Assembly: GCA_040264895.1 (NCBI GenBank)
Contig: JBDQHL010000003.1
Location: forward strand, 72-64,071
DNA: 64,000 nt
Reading direction: 5' to 3'
Source of the DNA: Bacteroidota bacterium
GTDB lineage: Bacteria; Bacteroidota; Ignavibacteria; Kapaibacteriales; UBA2268
The notes beneath the pieces were generated by a model. It saw nothing but the letters and a program-made list of their open reading frames with translations. It did no database searches and was not told the origin of the DNA. Positions 30,088 to 40,770 of the stretch are shown piece by piece; the first letter of the stretch is position 1, and each line of letters begins with the position of its first letter. The position numbers were made by a program, and so were the translations under genes.

Positions 30088-32234
30088 CACCAAGAATATT
30101 TCTCATATTATTAATTTCCATCACGGTTGTAGTAACTGCTGGGGTCAGTATTTACTTTTACTCTGTTATTTCTACAGGTTTGCCATCATTAGAGCAATTA
30201 GAAAATCCAGAACAGATGTACGCTAGCCAAGTTATAAGTAGTGACGATGAAGTAGTAGATAACTTCTTCATGCAAAGAAGAGTTAATTTGAAATTAGAAG
30301 AAATGCCAAAATCGGCCATAGATGCATTAATTTCAACTGAAGATAGGAAGTTTTATTCTCATTGGGGAATAGATTTAGATAGACTTGTAAAAGCGGTAAT
30401 CAAAAAATCTTTAAACCCGTTCAAAAGAGCAGAGGGTGCCTCAACCATTACTCAACAACTAGCTAGAAATTTATTCCTAGACCTTTCTCGTAATATAGAC
30501 AGAAAGATAAGAGAAGCTGCCGTTACAGTAAAGATTGAAGACACTTATACAAAAAATGAAATCTTAGAAATGTATTTGAATACTGTAAATTTTGGTAGAG
30601 GGGCCTATGGTATAAGTGTTGCAGCTAGAACTTTCTTTGATAAAAAAGCTGATGACCTGACAATTGCAGAGTCGGCTTACTTGATTGGCTTACTAAAAGC
30701 ACCTTCTCGGTATGACGTAAGGTCTGACTATGATAGAGCATTAAGAAGAAGAAATCTGATTTTATCGATGATGCAATCACAAGGTAAAATTACTTATGAA
30801 GAGTATCAACTAGCATTAGAAACACCTATAGAGGTAAGAGAAGGAACTGCAGTGAGCGCTTCGGAATCAAATCTTGCTCCACATTATGTTGAATCAATAC
30901 GAAGAGAATACTCTCCATTCTTAAAAGATAAAGACTATGACTTATACAGAGATGGTCTTATAATTTACACAACTTTGAATAAGAAGATTCAAGAATATGC
31001 CAATAGCGTGGTAGAAAATCATATAAAAGCATATCAACAAAAATTTGATAAAAAATGGAATTGGAATAAAAACAAAAAGTTAGAATCAGAAATTATCTCG
31101 AAAGCTATAAGAAAGCATCCAGAATATAAATCTTCTCCTAAAAGTAAAAGGGAAGAAGTTGCTATAAAGTTGAAAAAAAATAAGAACTTTATTGATTCTG
31201 TTAAGAATGAAAAAACAACTATCCAAATAGGAATGGTAGTGATTGACCCTGTATCTGGAGCAATATTAGCTATGGTTGGAGCTTCACCTAAGTTCATGGA
31301 GGACAACAGCCACGCTAAGCACTCTTTGAACCACATTACTCAAATTAGGAGACAACCAGGCTCATCTATGAAGCCTTTTGTCTATTCTATGTCTTTAAAA
31401 TCGGGACTTTACCCAACAGATTCTATAGTATGTGGGCCATTTGTTTATACTGACCCACACACTGAAGAAGTATGGGCGCCACGTTCAGGGACTAATGATT
31501 GCCCTGATAGTACATATAAAATGACTGTAGCTACGGCACTGAAAAAATCTGTAAATTCAGTTGCTGCAAGATTAATAACTGAACATACTAACCCAGATGA
31601 AGTTAAAAATTTGTTACAAAAAGCTGGTATATCTACCCCGATAGACGCAGTTCCTGCATTGGCATTAGGAGCAGGTGGTGAAGTTATACCAATGCAACAT
31701 ATTTCTGCATTCTCTATTTTTGCGAACGATGGTTATAGGGTTGAGCCATTCTATGTAAATAGAATTGAAGACAGAAACGGTAATCTTGTTTTTAGAAAGA
31801 AAAGAACAAATAAAATCTACGATGTTTTAGACAAAGAAATTGCACACGAAATGACTATAATGATGCAAGACGTTGTTAACACTGGAACCGCTGCTAGAGT
31901 GAGAAGATACTTCCGTGATGTAGAAGCAGCTGGAAAAACAGGAACTACAAACGATAATTCAGATGCATGGTTTATTGGTTACACACCACAGTTAATTTGT
32001 GGGATATGGGTTGGGTTTGATGATCAGAGAATAAACTTTAACCCAATTGGATATGATGGTCAAGGTGGTCGTGTAGCTGGTCCAATATGGGGTATGTTAA
32101 TGGATAGTATATACACAGATGAAAGCCTACCCTACAAGCAAAAATCATTCGGATATAAAACAAGATTAGAATTAGACTCACTATTGAGCTTGAGAAGACA
32201 AGTTGGTGAGTATTTCGACATTATGAATAACTAG
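30084..32234 (+). CDS. Class A penicillin-binding protein (PBP1A family: GT51 transglycosylase + transpeptidase)
   Basis: GT51 motifs 'EDRKFYSHWGID' and 'GASTITQQLARN'; transpeptidase 'SGTND' and 'KTGTTND'. Confidence 0.85.
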   Translation: MTPRIFLILLISITVVVTAGVSIYFYSVISTGLPSLEQLENPEQMYASQVISSDDEVVDNFFMQRRVNLKLEEMPKSAIDALISTEDRKFYSHWGIDLDRLVKAVIKKSLNPFKRAEGASTITQQLARNLFLDLSRNIDRKIREAAVTVKIEDTYTKNEILEMYLNTVNFGRGAYGISVAARTFFDKKADDLTIAESAYLIGLLKAPSRYDVRSDYDRALRRRNLILSMMQSQGKITYEEYQLALETPIEVREGTAVSASESNLAPHYVESIRREYSPFLKDKDYDLYRDGLIIYTTLNKKIQEYANSVVENHIKAYQQKFDKKWNWNKNKKLESEIISKAIRKHPEYKSSPKSKREEVAIKLKKNKNFIDSVKNEKTTIQIGMVVIDPVSGAILAMVGASPKFMEDNSHAKHSLNHITQIRRQPGSSMKPFVYSMSLKSGLYPTDSIVCGPFVYTDPHTEEVWAPRSGTNDCPDSTYKMTVATALKKSVNSVAARLITEHTNPDEVKNLLQKAGISTPIDAVPALALGAGGEVIPMQHISAFSIFANDGYRVEPFYVNRIEDRNGNLVFRKKRTNKIYDVLDKEIAHEMTIMMQDVVNTGTAARVRRYFRDVEAAGKTGTTNDNSDAWFIGYTPQLICGIWVGFDDQRINFNPIGYDGQGGRVAGPIWGMLMDSIYTDESLPYKQKSFGYKTRLELDSLLSLRRQVGEYFDIMNN

Positions 32235-32238
32235 TAAC

Positions 32239-32895
32239 ATGAAAAAAGAATACGAATATATAAATGGTAGCAATAAAGAAGTAGGCACGATATACTGTAT
32301 TGGAAGAAACTATGCCGAGCATGCAAAAGAATTAGGAAATGAAGTACCTACTGAACCAGTAGTTTTTATAAAACCTCCTAATTCTTACACCTCTTCAGGT
32401 AGTAAAGTAGCAATACCAAATTACTCTGAATTAATGCATCACGAAGTTGAGGTCGTATTTGTTTTAGGTAAGGACACAATGGGAGTTTCCCCCTCCGAAT
32501 CATTAGAATATGTAGATGGCGTAGCAGTAGGAATTGATTTCACTCTGAGGGATGTCCAAAATAAAATAAAAGAAAAAGGTTTACCATGGTCTATGGCTAA
32601 AAGCTTTATGGGTTCAGCTCCTATATCTCCTATAGTCGATATTAAAGATATTAGTAATGTAGATGATATCGAATTCCAAATAGCTAAAAATGGAATAACA
32701 ACACAAAAAGGCAACACTAAGAATATGATTAATGATATTAGGCAAATTATTGCCCATATATCAAAAGTATTTGGGTTGAGAAAAGGTGATTGTATCTTCA
32801 CAGGGACGCCTAAAGGTGTTGGTCCAGTTGAACCAGGTGACAAACTAATTGCAACTTTAGCTAACAAAGTCAAATTAGAAATAGAAATAGAGTAA
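32239..32895 (+). CDS. Fumarylacetoacetate hydrolase (FAH) family protein
   Basis: 'IYCIGRNYAEHAKELG...PVVFIKP' and 'HHEVEVVFVLGKD' are typical FAH-family segments. Confidence 0.75.
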   Translation: MKKEYEYINGSNKEVGTIYCIGRNYAEHAKELGNEVPTEPVVFIKPPNSYTSSGSKVAIPNYSELMHHEVEVVFVLGKDTMGVSPSESLEYVDGVAVGIDFTLRDVQNKIKEKGLPWSMAKSFMGSAPISPIVDIKDISNVDDIEFQIAKNGITTQKGNTKNMINDIRQIIAHISKVFGLRKGDCIFTGTPKGVGPVEPGDKLIATLANKVKLEIEIE

Positions 32896-32899
32896 GGAT

Positions 32900-34291
32900 A
32901 TGAAGACAAGAATACTATTAATACTTTTGGTTACTTTAGTTGTACAGTCATGTAGTTTCACAATTACTCGTGAGGAAGAAGACTTATATACGGTAGTCAA
33001 CAAAGATACTGTAGAGACACATTTCATCAAAAATGCTCCCGGTAATGTTGATAGAGGTGTAGTTCACCCATCCACAAAGGAAATTCTTAGAGAAAGAGAT
33101 ATAGCTAAGTATGATAGCACTGTTAACCGCTTTTATCCTGACTTTATTCGTTTAGGTTTGTTCGAAGGAATGGGTTTTATAGGTGGCGATACAGACTTTT
33201 CACTCAATAGTGGTTTATTGGGTATTCACCCTAATGCTGATTTACTATATGAAAGTAGCAGAGGTGGAGGAAGTGGAAGTATATTCACAGGTGGAATTTA
33301 TCGAATAGGGATTTACGAAAATAGACTACGTTGGTTCCGTGATGCTCCAGATTGGACTTGGGGAGTACATGGTTTTGAAGCTATAGTACCAGATGCAAGA
33401 GCTGAGAATAGTCTAACTTCAATGTTGACTCCATACATAAGAAAGAGATTTTATTTCAGAGATGATATACCTTACTTATCAGCTACTATAGCTGTTGGGC
33501 TTGGTTACTACCCTTCACAGTATATTAATGTTTCTGGTTCACTTGATCTTGGGTCAATTGGAGGGTTAAACCTAAGGGCTTATGTAGGAATGGCTTCTGG
33601 TTACAATTCTGCTACGACACCACAAATATCAAATAACGACTTTGCTGAAGAAGGTATTTTTAGTACACTCCCCTATGCTGGACTAAGTGTATCTGTACTT
33701 GATTTTGTTAATCGTGTACCCGAGTTGTACACCGAGTGGAAAGACCACGAGCATTCATCGTGGAATATTGGAATTGCAGAGCTAACAGTAGTTAATACAA
33801 ACTCTGAGTACTCATATTTTGGGAGTGAGACTGAGCCATCTGATTCACCAATTAGTGGAATGATATTCAAATTCGCTAATGCAAATGTCGCTATACCTAT
33901 TGAAGATAATTATAACTTTTACGCAGGTACTTCGCTAATATCAATGTATTTATTGGGTCAGAATGGTAATGGGATTGGAATTCTACCAATTCGAATTGGG
34001 TACTGGCACCAGTTAATGCAAGATGAGTTGAGTGTTGATCCATATGCCGAATTTGGTTATTACCCATCCAGCTACTACGATGTTGGAGTAAAGTTAAGAC
34101 TAAGGTTTAGTGAAAGATATAGTGTTGCTCTTAATGGAGGATATATTTCTGGTAGAACTTTAGGCGGTATTAATAGCGAAACCTTAGATTTCTTAGGTGA
34201 TGCAGATAGCTTCAGTGGATATTATATTGGACTTAGTTTTGGACTTGGCGATAGAATTTTCTTCCCAGAAGAATTAAGATATGATGACTAA
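32900..34291 (+). CDS. Hypothetical lipoprotein, Gly/Tyr-rich (probable outer-membrane beta-barrel)
   Basis: Signal peptide plus 'VVQSC' lipobox; Gly/Tyr/Ser-rich alternating pattern; no recognised domain. Confidence 0.45.
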   Translation: MKTRILLILLVTLVVQSCSFTITREEEDLYTVVNKDTVETHFIKNAPGNVDRGVVHPSTKEILRERDIAKYDSTVNRFYPDFIRLGLFEGMGFIGGDTDFSLNSGLLGIHPNADLLYESSRGGGSGSIFTGGIYRIGIYENRLRWFRDAPDWTWGVHGFEAIVPDARAENSLTSMLTPYIRKRFYFRDDIPYLSATIAVGLGYYPSQYINVSGSLDLGSIGGLNLRAYVGMASGYNSATTPQISNNDFAEEGIFSTLPYAGLSVSVLDFVNRVPELYTEWKDHEHSSWNIGIAELTVVNTNSEYSYFGSETEPSDSPISGMIFKFANANVAIPIEDNYNFYAGTSLISMYLLGQNGNGIGILPIRIGYWHQLMQDELSVDPYAEFGYYPSSYYDVGVKLRLRFSERYSVALNGGYISGRTLGGINSETLDFLGDADSFSGYYIGLSFGLGDRIFFPEELRYDD

Positions 34292-34471
34292 TTAAAAAAA
34301 CTCTATTGAGCAAGGCTATGTATTATAGGGCTTAATAGTCAAGATAATGATTTTTGATCTTCTTTAGTTTATGTATGATGATGAAAATATAACCTATTAC
34401 ACCACAATTTACCTTACTCATTCGTAACTTACCAACTTACAATAAACCGAAAACAAAAATAATATATCTTT

Positions 34472-35881
34472 ATGAGTAAAAAGAAAAAGAAGAATATTGA
34501 GCTGAAAATTGAATCAATTGGATTTGAAGGCAAAGCTATAGCTAGACACAATGACAAAGTTCACTTCATAAAAAAAGTGGTCCCGGGCGATTTGGTTGAA
34601 GCTTATGTAAAAAGAAAAAGAAAAAGCTACAATGAAGCTGGTTTAGTAAGAGTAATTGAAGAAAGTGAAGATAGAGTTGAGCCACGTTGTGATTACTTTG
34701 ATGATTGTGGTGGTTGTAGTTGGCAAAATATGCCCTACTCTGACCAATTAGCTTGGAAAAAACAACATGTAATTGATGCCTTTCAACGAATAGGAAAAAT
34801 AGAAACAGAAGTATTTGATGTTCTACCATCGCCAGAAGATTTTCACTACAGAAATAAAATGGATTTCACATTCAGTGCAAAAAGATGGGTAACAAGAAAA
34901 GAAATTGAAACTGAAGATGAGATAGAAAATAAAGAGTTTGCCCTAGGCTTGCACTCCCCTGGCTCTTTCGAAAAAGCATTAGATATAAAAAAATGCCATA
35001 TTCATCCTGAAGTAGGGAATGAGATTCTTTCAATAGTTAGAAATTTTGCTTTAGAAAATAATATTTCAGCATTTGACAAACGAGATAAAACTGGATACCT
35101 CAGAGAGTTAATCACACGTTACAGTGGAAGTAGTAATACCATTATGATAATTCTTACTACTAATGCAAGTGATGATGAGCACGATAAACTTATAGATGAG
35201 CTGGCAGCACTTATAGATGAAAAACTAGAAGAAAAAATCAACTTCATACATGCAATAAACTCTGGACCATCGCCAGTAGCAATAGAATCAAGCAGATTAA
35301 TTATTGGAAGAGAATATTTGATAGACAAGATATTAGGAGTAGATTTCAAGGTCTCTCCATTCTCATTCTTCCAAACAAATAGGATACAACTAAATAATTT
35401 TGTCTGTAAAATATTAGAATCAGCAAGCCTGAATGAAAATATGACTGTTTGGGATTTATATTGTGGTACTGGCTCCATTGCTCTTCCTGCAGCAAAGAGA
35501 GTAAATAAGGTATATGGTTTAGAATTAGTTGAATCTTCAATTAATGATGCAAAGCAAAATGCAATTATGAACGGACTTGACAACACAGACTTTCAGGTAG
35601 CTGATTTGCATGCTAAGCAAACTCCTGAACTTCTGGATAAATTATCCGAGCCAGACTTAATCTTTATCGATCCACCGAGAGCTGGTATGCACAAAAATCT
35701 AATCAACCATTTGTTAGAAATAAATGCTCCTAAGTTAATATATGTTAGTTGCAATCCATCGACTCAGGCAAGAGATTGTGAGTTATTAAAAGAAGGATAC
35801 AAGGTAGTAAGTGTTCAACCAGTTGATATGTTTCCACAGACTTATCACATAGAGTCAATTGCAATATTAGAAAGGATTTAG
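34472..35881 (+). CDS. rlmD: 23S rRNA (uracil-5)-methyltransferase RlmD/RumA (TRAM + 4Fe-4S + SAM methyltransferase)
   Basis: TRAM N-terminus; 'CDYFDDCGGCSWQ' Fe-S cluster Cys set; 'DLYCGTGSIAL' motif I; 'YVSCNPSTQARD' nucleophile Cys region. Confidence 0.85.
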   Translation: MSKKKKKNIELKIESIGFEGKAIARHNDKVHFIKKVVPGDLVEAYVKRKRKSYNEAGLVRVIEESEDRVEPRCDYFDDCGGCSWQNMPYSDQLAWKKQHVIDAFQRIGKIETEVFDVLPSPEDFHYRNKMDFTFSAKRWVTRKEIETEDEIENKEFALGLHSPGSFEKALDIKKCHIHPEVGNEILSIVRNFALENNISAFDKRDKTGYLRELITRYSGSSNTIMIILTTNASDDEHDKLIDELAALIDEKLEEKINFIHAINSGPSPVAIESSRLIIGREYLIDKILGVDFKVSPFSFFQTNRIQLNNFVCKILESASLNENMTVWDLYCGTGSIALPAAKRVNKVYGLELVESSINDAKQNAIMNGLDNTDFQVADLHAKQTPELLDKLSEPDLIFIDPPRAGMHKNLINHLLEINAPKLIYVSCNPSTQARDCELLKEGYKVVSVQPVDMFPQTYHIESIAILERI

Positions 35882-35900
35882 TAACTTTTAACCTATATGT

Positions 35901-36581
35901 TTGTCTGTTATTATGAGTGATAAAATGATAAAATACAATGTAAACGAAATATTTTACTCCATACAGGGTGAAGGAAGCAGAGCAGGGTTGCCTTGTGTAT
36001 TTGTTAGGATGCAAGGTTGTTTGCTGCGTTGTACTTGGTGCGATACGCCTTACGCTTTAGATAGAAAGCAAACTGAAACGCTAATGAGCATTGAAGAAAT
36101 CTTAAAGGAAGTAGATAGTCACAACTGTAAGTTCTTGATGTTAACCGGTGGAGAGCCTTTAGAACAAAAAAATATTAGTGAATTAGTTGATGCAGCCATA
36201 GATAGAGGTATGGAAGTAGTAATAGAAACAAATGGGCAGCAAGACATAGGAAAGGTTTCTAACAAAGCAGTAAAAATATTAGATTTAAAATGTCCTGGTT
36301 CTGCTATGCACAAGAAGAATAATTACTCTAATATTGAAAAATTAGACGATAAAGATGAAGTGAAGTTTGTAATAAAAGATAGAAACGACTATGACTGGTC
36401 AATTAAGAAATGCGAAGAATATCAGCTATTTGATAGAGTCTCTGAAGTTTTAATGTCACCAGTATTCGGTGAAATTGAGCCAGTAGATTTGGCAAATTGG
36501 ATATTAAAGGATAGCCTTCCAGTTAGAATGCAAATGCAACTTCACAAATATATTTGGGAACCAGCAACCAGAGGCGTGTAG
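35901..36581 (+). CDS. queE: 7-carboxy-7-deazaguanine synthase QueE (radical SAM)
   Basis: 'IFYSIQGEGSRAGLPCVFVRMQGCLLRCTWCDTPYA' is the QueE radical-SAM cluster motif. Confidence 0.85.
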   Translation: MSVIMSDKMIKYNVNEIFYSIQGEGSRAGLPCVFVRMQGCLLRCTWCDTPYALDRKQTETLMSIEEILKEVDSHNCKFLMLTGGEPLEQKNISELVDAAIDRGMEVVIETNGQQDIGKVSNKAVKILDLKCPGSAMHKKNNYSNIEKLDDKDEVKFVIKDRNDYDWSIKKCEEYQLFDRVSEVLMSPVFGEIEPVDLANWILKDSLPVRMQMQLHKYIWEPATRGV

Positions 36582-38011
36582 TGCGATTAAAAACAGCTAC
36601 AATTTTAATATTTTTGACAACTATTCAACTAGTAAGTCAAGAACACTTTGTTGAAAGAAGAAGTTCAGTTGGTGAGATAGGTTTCATATTGAACAATTTA
36701 GGTCAAGTTGGATATAGCAGTGAACTAAATCAATCAAGATTTGTCTGGCCTAAAGGAAGTGATGCGCAATATATTTATGGTGCTGGATTAGCAATATTCA
36801 CGAAGCTCCCAAATGGTGAAAATAGAAATTTCTACACTTATCACCCTAACACATCCAAGAGCGATTTTACTATTGGTTCTTATGCTGACACTTCCGAACC
36901 AACCGAAAGCAAATACAGAGTTTACAATTCAAATGATTATGATATATACTCTGGAATTGCAAAAGAAGAGTTCATGAATGAATTCAGATGGCCAGTGTGG
37001 GTTGGAAATAATAAATTTGAAAAAATATATGGGAATTATATTATTAAAAATTCCGAAAGGACCCGTACCATATCTAGACCCGAAATAAGAAGTGAAGAAG
37101 ATATGGTTACTATCGCAAAAATAGACGCCAGCTATCCGATTGAGAAAATTCCAAATCCAAAAGAATCCGGAGATCTCAGAATAGATGTTGAGACCAAAAC
37201 ATATACATTAGAAAACTTACCAAATGTGCTTTTTATAACTTGGATCGTTCACAACAGAGGTACAAAAATTTTAGACAGTGTCTCTATTGCCCCTATAGTA
37301 GATATTGACATAACTAGAGCAAGCCAAAGATTCAAAGGTGTAGATAATGACATAATGTTACTTCCTGAAGATGATTCTTATGCAGTATTCGCAACCGAAG
37401 TGGATGAAACTGAAAAAGGGGAAGAGTTTCAATATATGGTAATTGACAATGACTACAAAATTGATATTGAATATAATGAAAATCAAAATTTATCTAGGCT
37501 AAATTATGGTGTATATAATCTAGGTTTAGAAACTGATTATAGTTTTTTTCAAATGGAAGATTATATTCAACCTGATTCAGTAAAAAAAATAACGGGTGAG
37601 ATTAAAGTGTTTTCACCTTCCCACAGATTTAATTTATTAGCAGGGAAAAAAGTAGTTCTGACCTTACAGATTTTGATGTTCCCAGCTAATGATGACTACC
37701 CTGAATTCCCTAAGCAAGGTATTGAAAATTTAGGTCAGGTTTTAGATAACAATTGGATTGAATTTTACAGAGAAGTAAGAACTAATGTTGATATTACTGA
37801 AATCCGAGAGTTAGACTTATTCCCAAACCCTGCTAGAAACTTCATAAATATTGACAGCAAATACAAGGCTGATTTAGTTGAAATTATATCTTTAGAAGGG
37901 AAAGTTGTAAAAACTTCAAAAGGGTTAGATAGTATAGATATCACCTCCCTTCAGTCTGGTGTATATATCTTAAGAATTGGTGAGATGAGTAGGAAATTTA
38001 TAGTGGAGTGA
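36581..38011 (+). CDS. Secreted hypothetical protein with a T9SS C-terminal sorting domain (ORF track starts at TTG 36554; GTG 36581 gives a clean signal peptide)
   Basis: Starting at GTG 36581 (read as Met) gives N-terminus '(M)RLKTATILIFLTTIQLVSQ', a clean signal peptide; C-terminus 'LDLFPNPARNFINID...GVYILRIGEMSRKFIVE' is a canonical T9SS CTD. Confidence 0.55.
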   Translation: MRLKTATILIFLTTIQLVSQEHFVERRSSVGEIGFILNNLGQVGYSSELNQSRFVWPKGSDAQYIYGAGLAIFTKLPNGENRNFYTYHPNTSKSDFTIGSYADTSEPTESKYRVYNSNDYDIYSGIAKEEFMNEFRWPVWVGNNKFEKIYGNYIIKNSERTRTISRPEIRSEEDMVTIAKIDASYPIEKIPNPKESGDLRIDVETKTYTLENLPNVLFITWIVHNRGTKILDSVSIAPIVDIDITRASQRFKGVDNDIMLLPEDDSYAVFATEVDETEKGEEFQYMVIDNDYKIDIEYNENQNLSRLNYGVYNLGLETDYSFFQMEDYIQPDSVKKITGEIKVFSPSHRFNLLAGKKVVLTLQILMFPANDDYPEFPKQGIENLGQVLDNNWIEFYREVRTNVDITEIRELDLFPNPARNFINIDSKYKADLVEIISLEGKVVKTSKGLDSIDITSLQSGVYILRIGEMSRKFIVE

Positions 38012-38069
38012 GGAATTGACCTCATCCTAACTATTGAATCTTAAAAATCAATTTTTTACAGAACTGAAT

Positions 38070-38747
38070 CTAGTCTTGTTTAATAAATTTGTTTCTGATA
38101 AACTTTTGATTATTAGTTATAACTTCAATAATATACATCCCTTTGGACAAGGATTTAATGTCAAAAGATTGAATCGAAGTATAATTTCCGTTACCACTTA
38201 ATATTGAGTTCCCATCAATATCATAAATTACATATCTACTAATATTTACATTCTCTTCAAGTGAAATAGTAATTCTATTTTTCGTTGGGTTAGGATATAA
38301 GCTATATTGAGATTTAGCTAACATTTCTACATTGGATATTCTAGTATCAAAAGTTTGTTCAGTTCGGTATTCGAATTTACATTCAACAAAGTCTTTGTCC
38401 CCGTATCCAAGACCAAGTGAGTCAATGTATGTAGTATTTGCATCAAGCTCTGTTGGGTCAAATTGAATATTAACTATCACTTCACTATCTTCAGAAATCA
38501 CCATTCCTGGTGACCAGGTTTCTGGTTCATAACCAACTATACTTAATCCTTGTTCTTCATTTTTTAATTCTACCCTAGTAATATATAATGGGGTATCCTC
38601 TGAAGGATTTCTAATAGTATCTTGCATAGTAACTGCTGAGTCAGTCATATAAATACTACCGAATTCATTTCTACTAGCTACATCAATTTCTGTAGGTGAG
38701 TAGCTAATAGTAATAGAGGTATCGTTATCAGAATCATCTTTAAACAT
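38070..38747 (-). pseudogene. 5'-truncated T9SS cargo remnant: has a C-terminal T9SS sorting domain but no start codon or signal peptide (frame open to 38864 without Met/GTG/TTG)
   Basis: C-terminus 'YSLYPNPTKNRITISL...GMYIIEVITNNQKFIRNKF' is a T9SS CTD; N-terminus 'MFKDDSDND...' has no signal peptide; upstream in-frame extension lacks any start codon. Confidence 0.45.
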
Positions 38748-38785
38748 AATTGTAGCACTAGCTGGTTGTGTTTTGTCTACAACTG

Positions 38786-39298
38786 TTAGCCACCATGATA
38801 ATGTTCTTTGTTCACCAGGTATAAAGTTAGTATCATTAGTACATGGTGTAGTGCGAACATTTGCTCAGCTCCAATTTTCTGACCTAATTGAGCTATAACA
38901 TATATTAGTAACGCTATACCTAATAGTACTGGCACATCTGTGTAAATTAAGTCATGATTACCGTTCATCTGCCACTCTAATCCACCCCAAACTAACAATC
39001 CAGCCATAAGCATAGCTATTGAGCCATAAGCGAATGCAAACAGAGTCCAAACACTTGATTTAGGGCTATATAACCCCCTAATCAAAGTTCCCTTTTCGTG
39101 TTCTTCTAACATCAAACTTAGTTCTGGCGACCAATAATGATTATCTTTTTCAGCTATTCGTATTTTTACCATTGCTTTAGCTACAGTGCCACCAAACTCA
39201 TCGGTAGAATCAATTAATTTTTGGAAATGTACTCTGTGTTCTTCTAAAGTTCCAGAGCTTATCTTTTTGAACCGAGGTCTTAATTTGAAACTACTCAT
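38786..39298 (-). CDS. Hypothetical small membrane protein (two predicted TM helices)
   Basis: Hydrophobic segments 'VWTLFAFAYGSIAMLMAGLLVWGGL' and 'VPVLLGIALLIYVIAQLG'. Confidence 0.35.
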   Translation of the reverse strand: MSSFKLRPRFKKISSGTLEEHRVHFQKLIDSTDEFGGTVAKAMVKIRIAEKDNHYWSPELSLMLEEHEKGTLIRGLYSPKSSVWTLFAFAYGSIAMLMAGLLVWGGLEWQMNGNHDLIYTDVPVLLGIALLIYVIAQLGQKIGAEQMFALHHVLMILTLYLVNKEHYHGG

Positions 39299-39313
39299 AG
39301 ACTACCTGCTGAT

Positions 39314-40237
39314 TTAATCAATTATCGCTTTTTTGATAAAGCCATTGTTCCTTTTTAGCTTATTTTTAGCTTCTTGCTTATCACAATTAGTCAAGTTCAT
39401 AACAATTGCAGTTTTTACATGGTTTCCACTGTCATTTAGAAGCTTGGTTGCATTGTCATAACTAACATCACATATACTCATAATTATCTTTTTTGAACGC
39501 TCTATCAGCTTCGAATTAGATTGCTTCAAATCGACCATTACATTACCATAAGTCTTCCCCATTCTAATCATAGCGGCTGAGGTAAGCATATTGAGTACCA
39601 TTTTCTGAGCAGTCCCAGATTTCATTCTCGTGGAACCTGCAACAACTTCTGGGCCTACATCTGGAGAAATTACTATATCAGGTTTTACTGACAATGATTT
39701 TATTTTATCATGTCCGGCAGTAGTTACCAACATAGTCAAGCTTCCTATCTCGTTTGCTTTTTGCAGAGCACCCAACACGTATGGTGTTCTGCCTGAGGCG
39801 GCTAATCCACAAGCAATATCATTTGCATTAAGACCGGCTTCTAATACCTCGTTAACACCATTTTGTGGGTCATCTTCTGCCCCCTCTTGGGCAACAAACA
39901 TCGCCTGCTTGCCACCTGCTATTTTGCCTTGAACTAATTCGTGTTCTGTTCCAAATGTTGGCGGACATTCAGACGCGTCTAATATTCCTAACCGGCCAGA
40001 AGTACCTGCACCGAAGTAGAACAAGCGACCACCTTTCTGAAATCTTTCAACTATTCCATCTAATGCTTTTACAATATTATCAATCTCTTCTTCTACAGCA
40101 TCAGCAATTTTTTTGTCTTCAGAGTTGATTATTTCTACAATAGTCTTAGTATCTGAAATATCAATATCCATTGAATTAGGATTTAGCTGTTCAGTAGATA
40201 GGGAGCTAATTTCTTTGAATAATTCAGATTCAGGCAT
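39314..40237 (-). CDS. murQ: N-acetylmuramic acid 6-phosphate etherase MurQ (SIS domain)
   Basis: 'RLFYFGAGTSGRLGILDASECPPTFG' is the MurQ signature. Confidence 0.85.
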   Translation of the reverse strand: MPESELFKEISSLSTEQLNPNSMDIDISDTKTIVEIINSEDKKIADAVEEEIDNIVKALDGIVERFQKGGRLFYFGAGTSGRLGILDASECPPTFGTEHELVQGKIAGGKQAMFVAQEGAEDDPQNGVNEVLEAGLNANDIACGLAASGRTPYVLGALQKANEIGSLTMLVTTAGHDKIKSLSVKPDIVISPDVGPEVVAGSTRMKSGTAQKMVLNMLTSAAMIRMGKTYGNVMVDLKQSNSKLIERSKKIIMSICDVSYDNATKLLNDSGNHVKTAIVMNLTNCDKQEAKNKLKRNNGFIKKAIID

Positions 40238-40770
40238 TATTGATAATCAATTGTATTTATTTCTACATTATTGTTTTGCATTTCATTGACCACTGATTCA
40301 TAATCAGAATTAATTTCGCCAGATTTTAACCCATTTATAATATATGGCTCGCTTATAATTACAGTCCTAAAACTATAATCGAAAGGAGGAAATACTACAC
40401 CATCTGGGTGTGTGTCAAAATATTCGATTCTTACTTTCTCAAAACTATAATTAGGAACTAACTCAATCGAATAAGTAATTCCATTTTCATCAGTATAAAC
40501 TTGTGTTTGAGGTAGCTCTACGTAGTTTGGGTCTAATTCAGTACCAATATTCAAATATGTTAGAAAGTAACCATAGTCTAATATATTATAGTTAATCTCA
40601 GGTGCATTGATTTCGGCGAAGTACCCTGGTGCATCTTGGTACTCACTCCAACTAAATTCATCCAACGTATAAACAAATGTAGTATAATCAGATTTGTAGC
40701 TTGTTACTCTATCATCGCTACAAGAGCTAAGTGTTATTAAAGCAACTATAGTAAGTAATAGGTATTTCAT
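40237..40770 (-). CDS. Hypothetical lipoprotein
   Basis: Signal peptide plus 'LSSCSDD' lipobox; stop overlaps the murQ start. Confidence 0.45.
   Translation of the reverse strand: MKYLLLTIVALITLSSCSDDRVTSYKSDYTTFVYTLDEFSWSEYQDAPGYFAEINAPEINYNILDYGYFLTYLNIGTELDPNYVELPQTQVYTDENGITYSIELVPNYSFEKVRIEYFDTHPDGVVFPPFDYSFRTVIISEPYIINGLKSGEINSDYESVVNEMQNNNVEINTIDYQ

Noticed and set aside
38747-39298. Fusion of the membrane-protein ORF and the T9SS CTD ORF into a single frameshifted gene
   Set aside because: The upstream ORF has no signal peptide (two internal TM helices instead) and its C-terminal sequence shares no frame-continuity logic with the cargo fragment; more parsimonious as two separate units with the cargo gene 5'-truncated.
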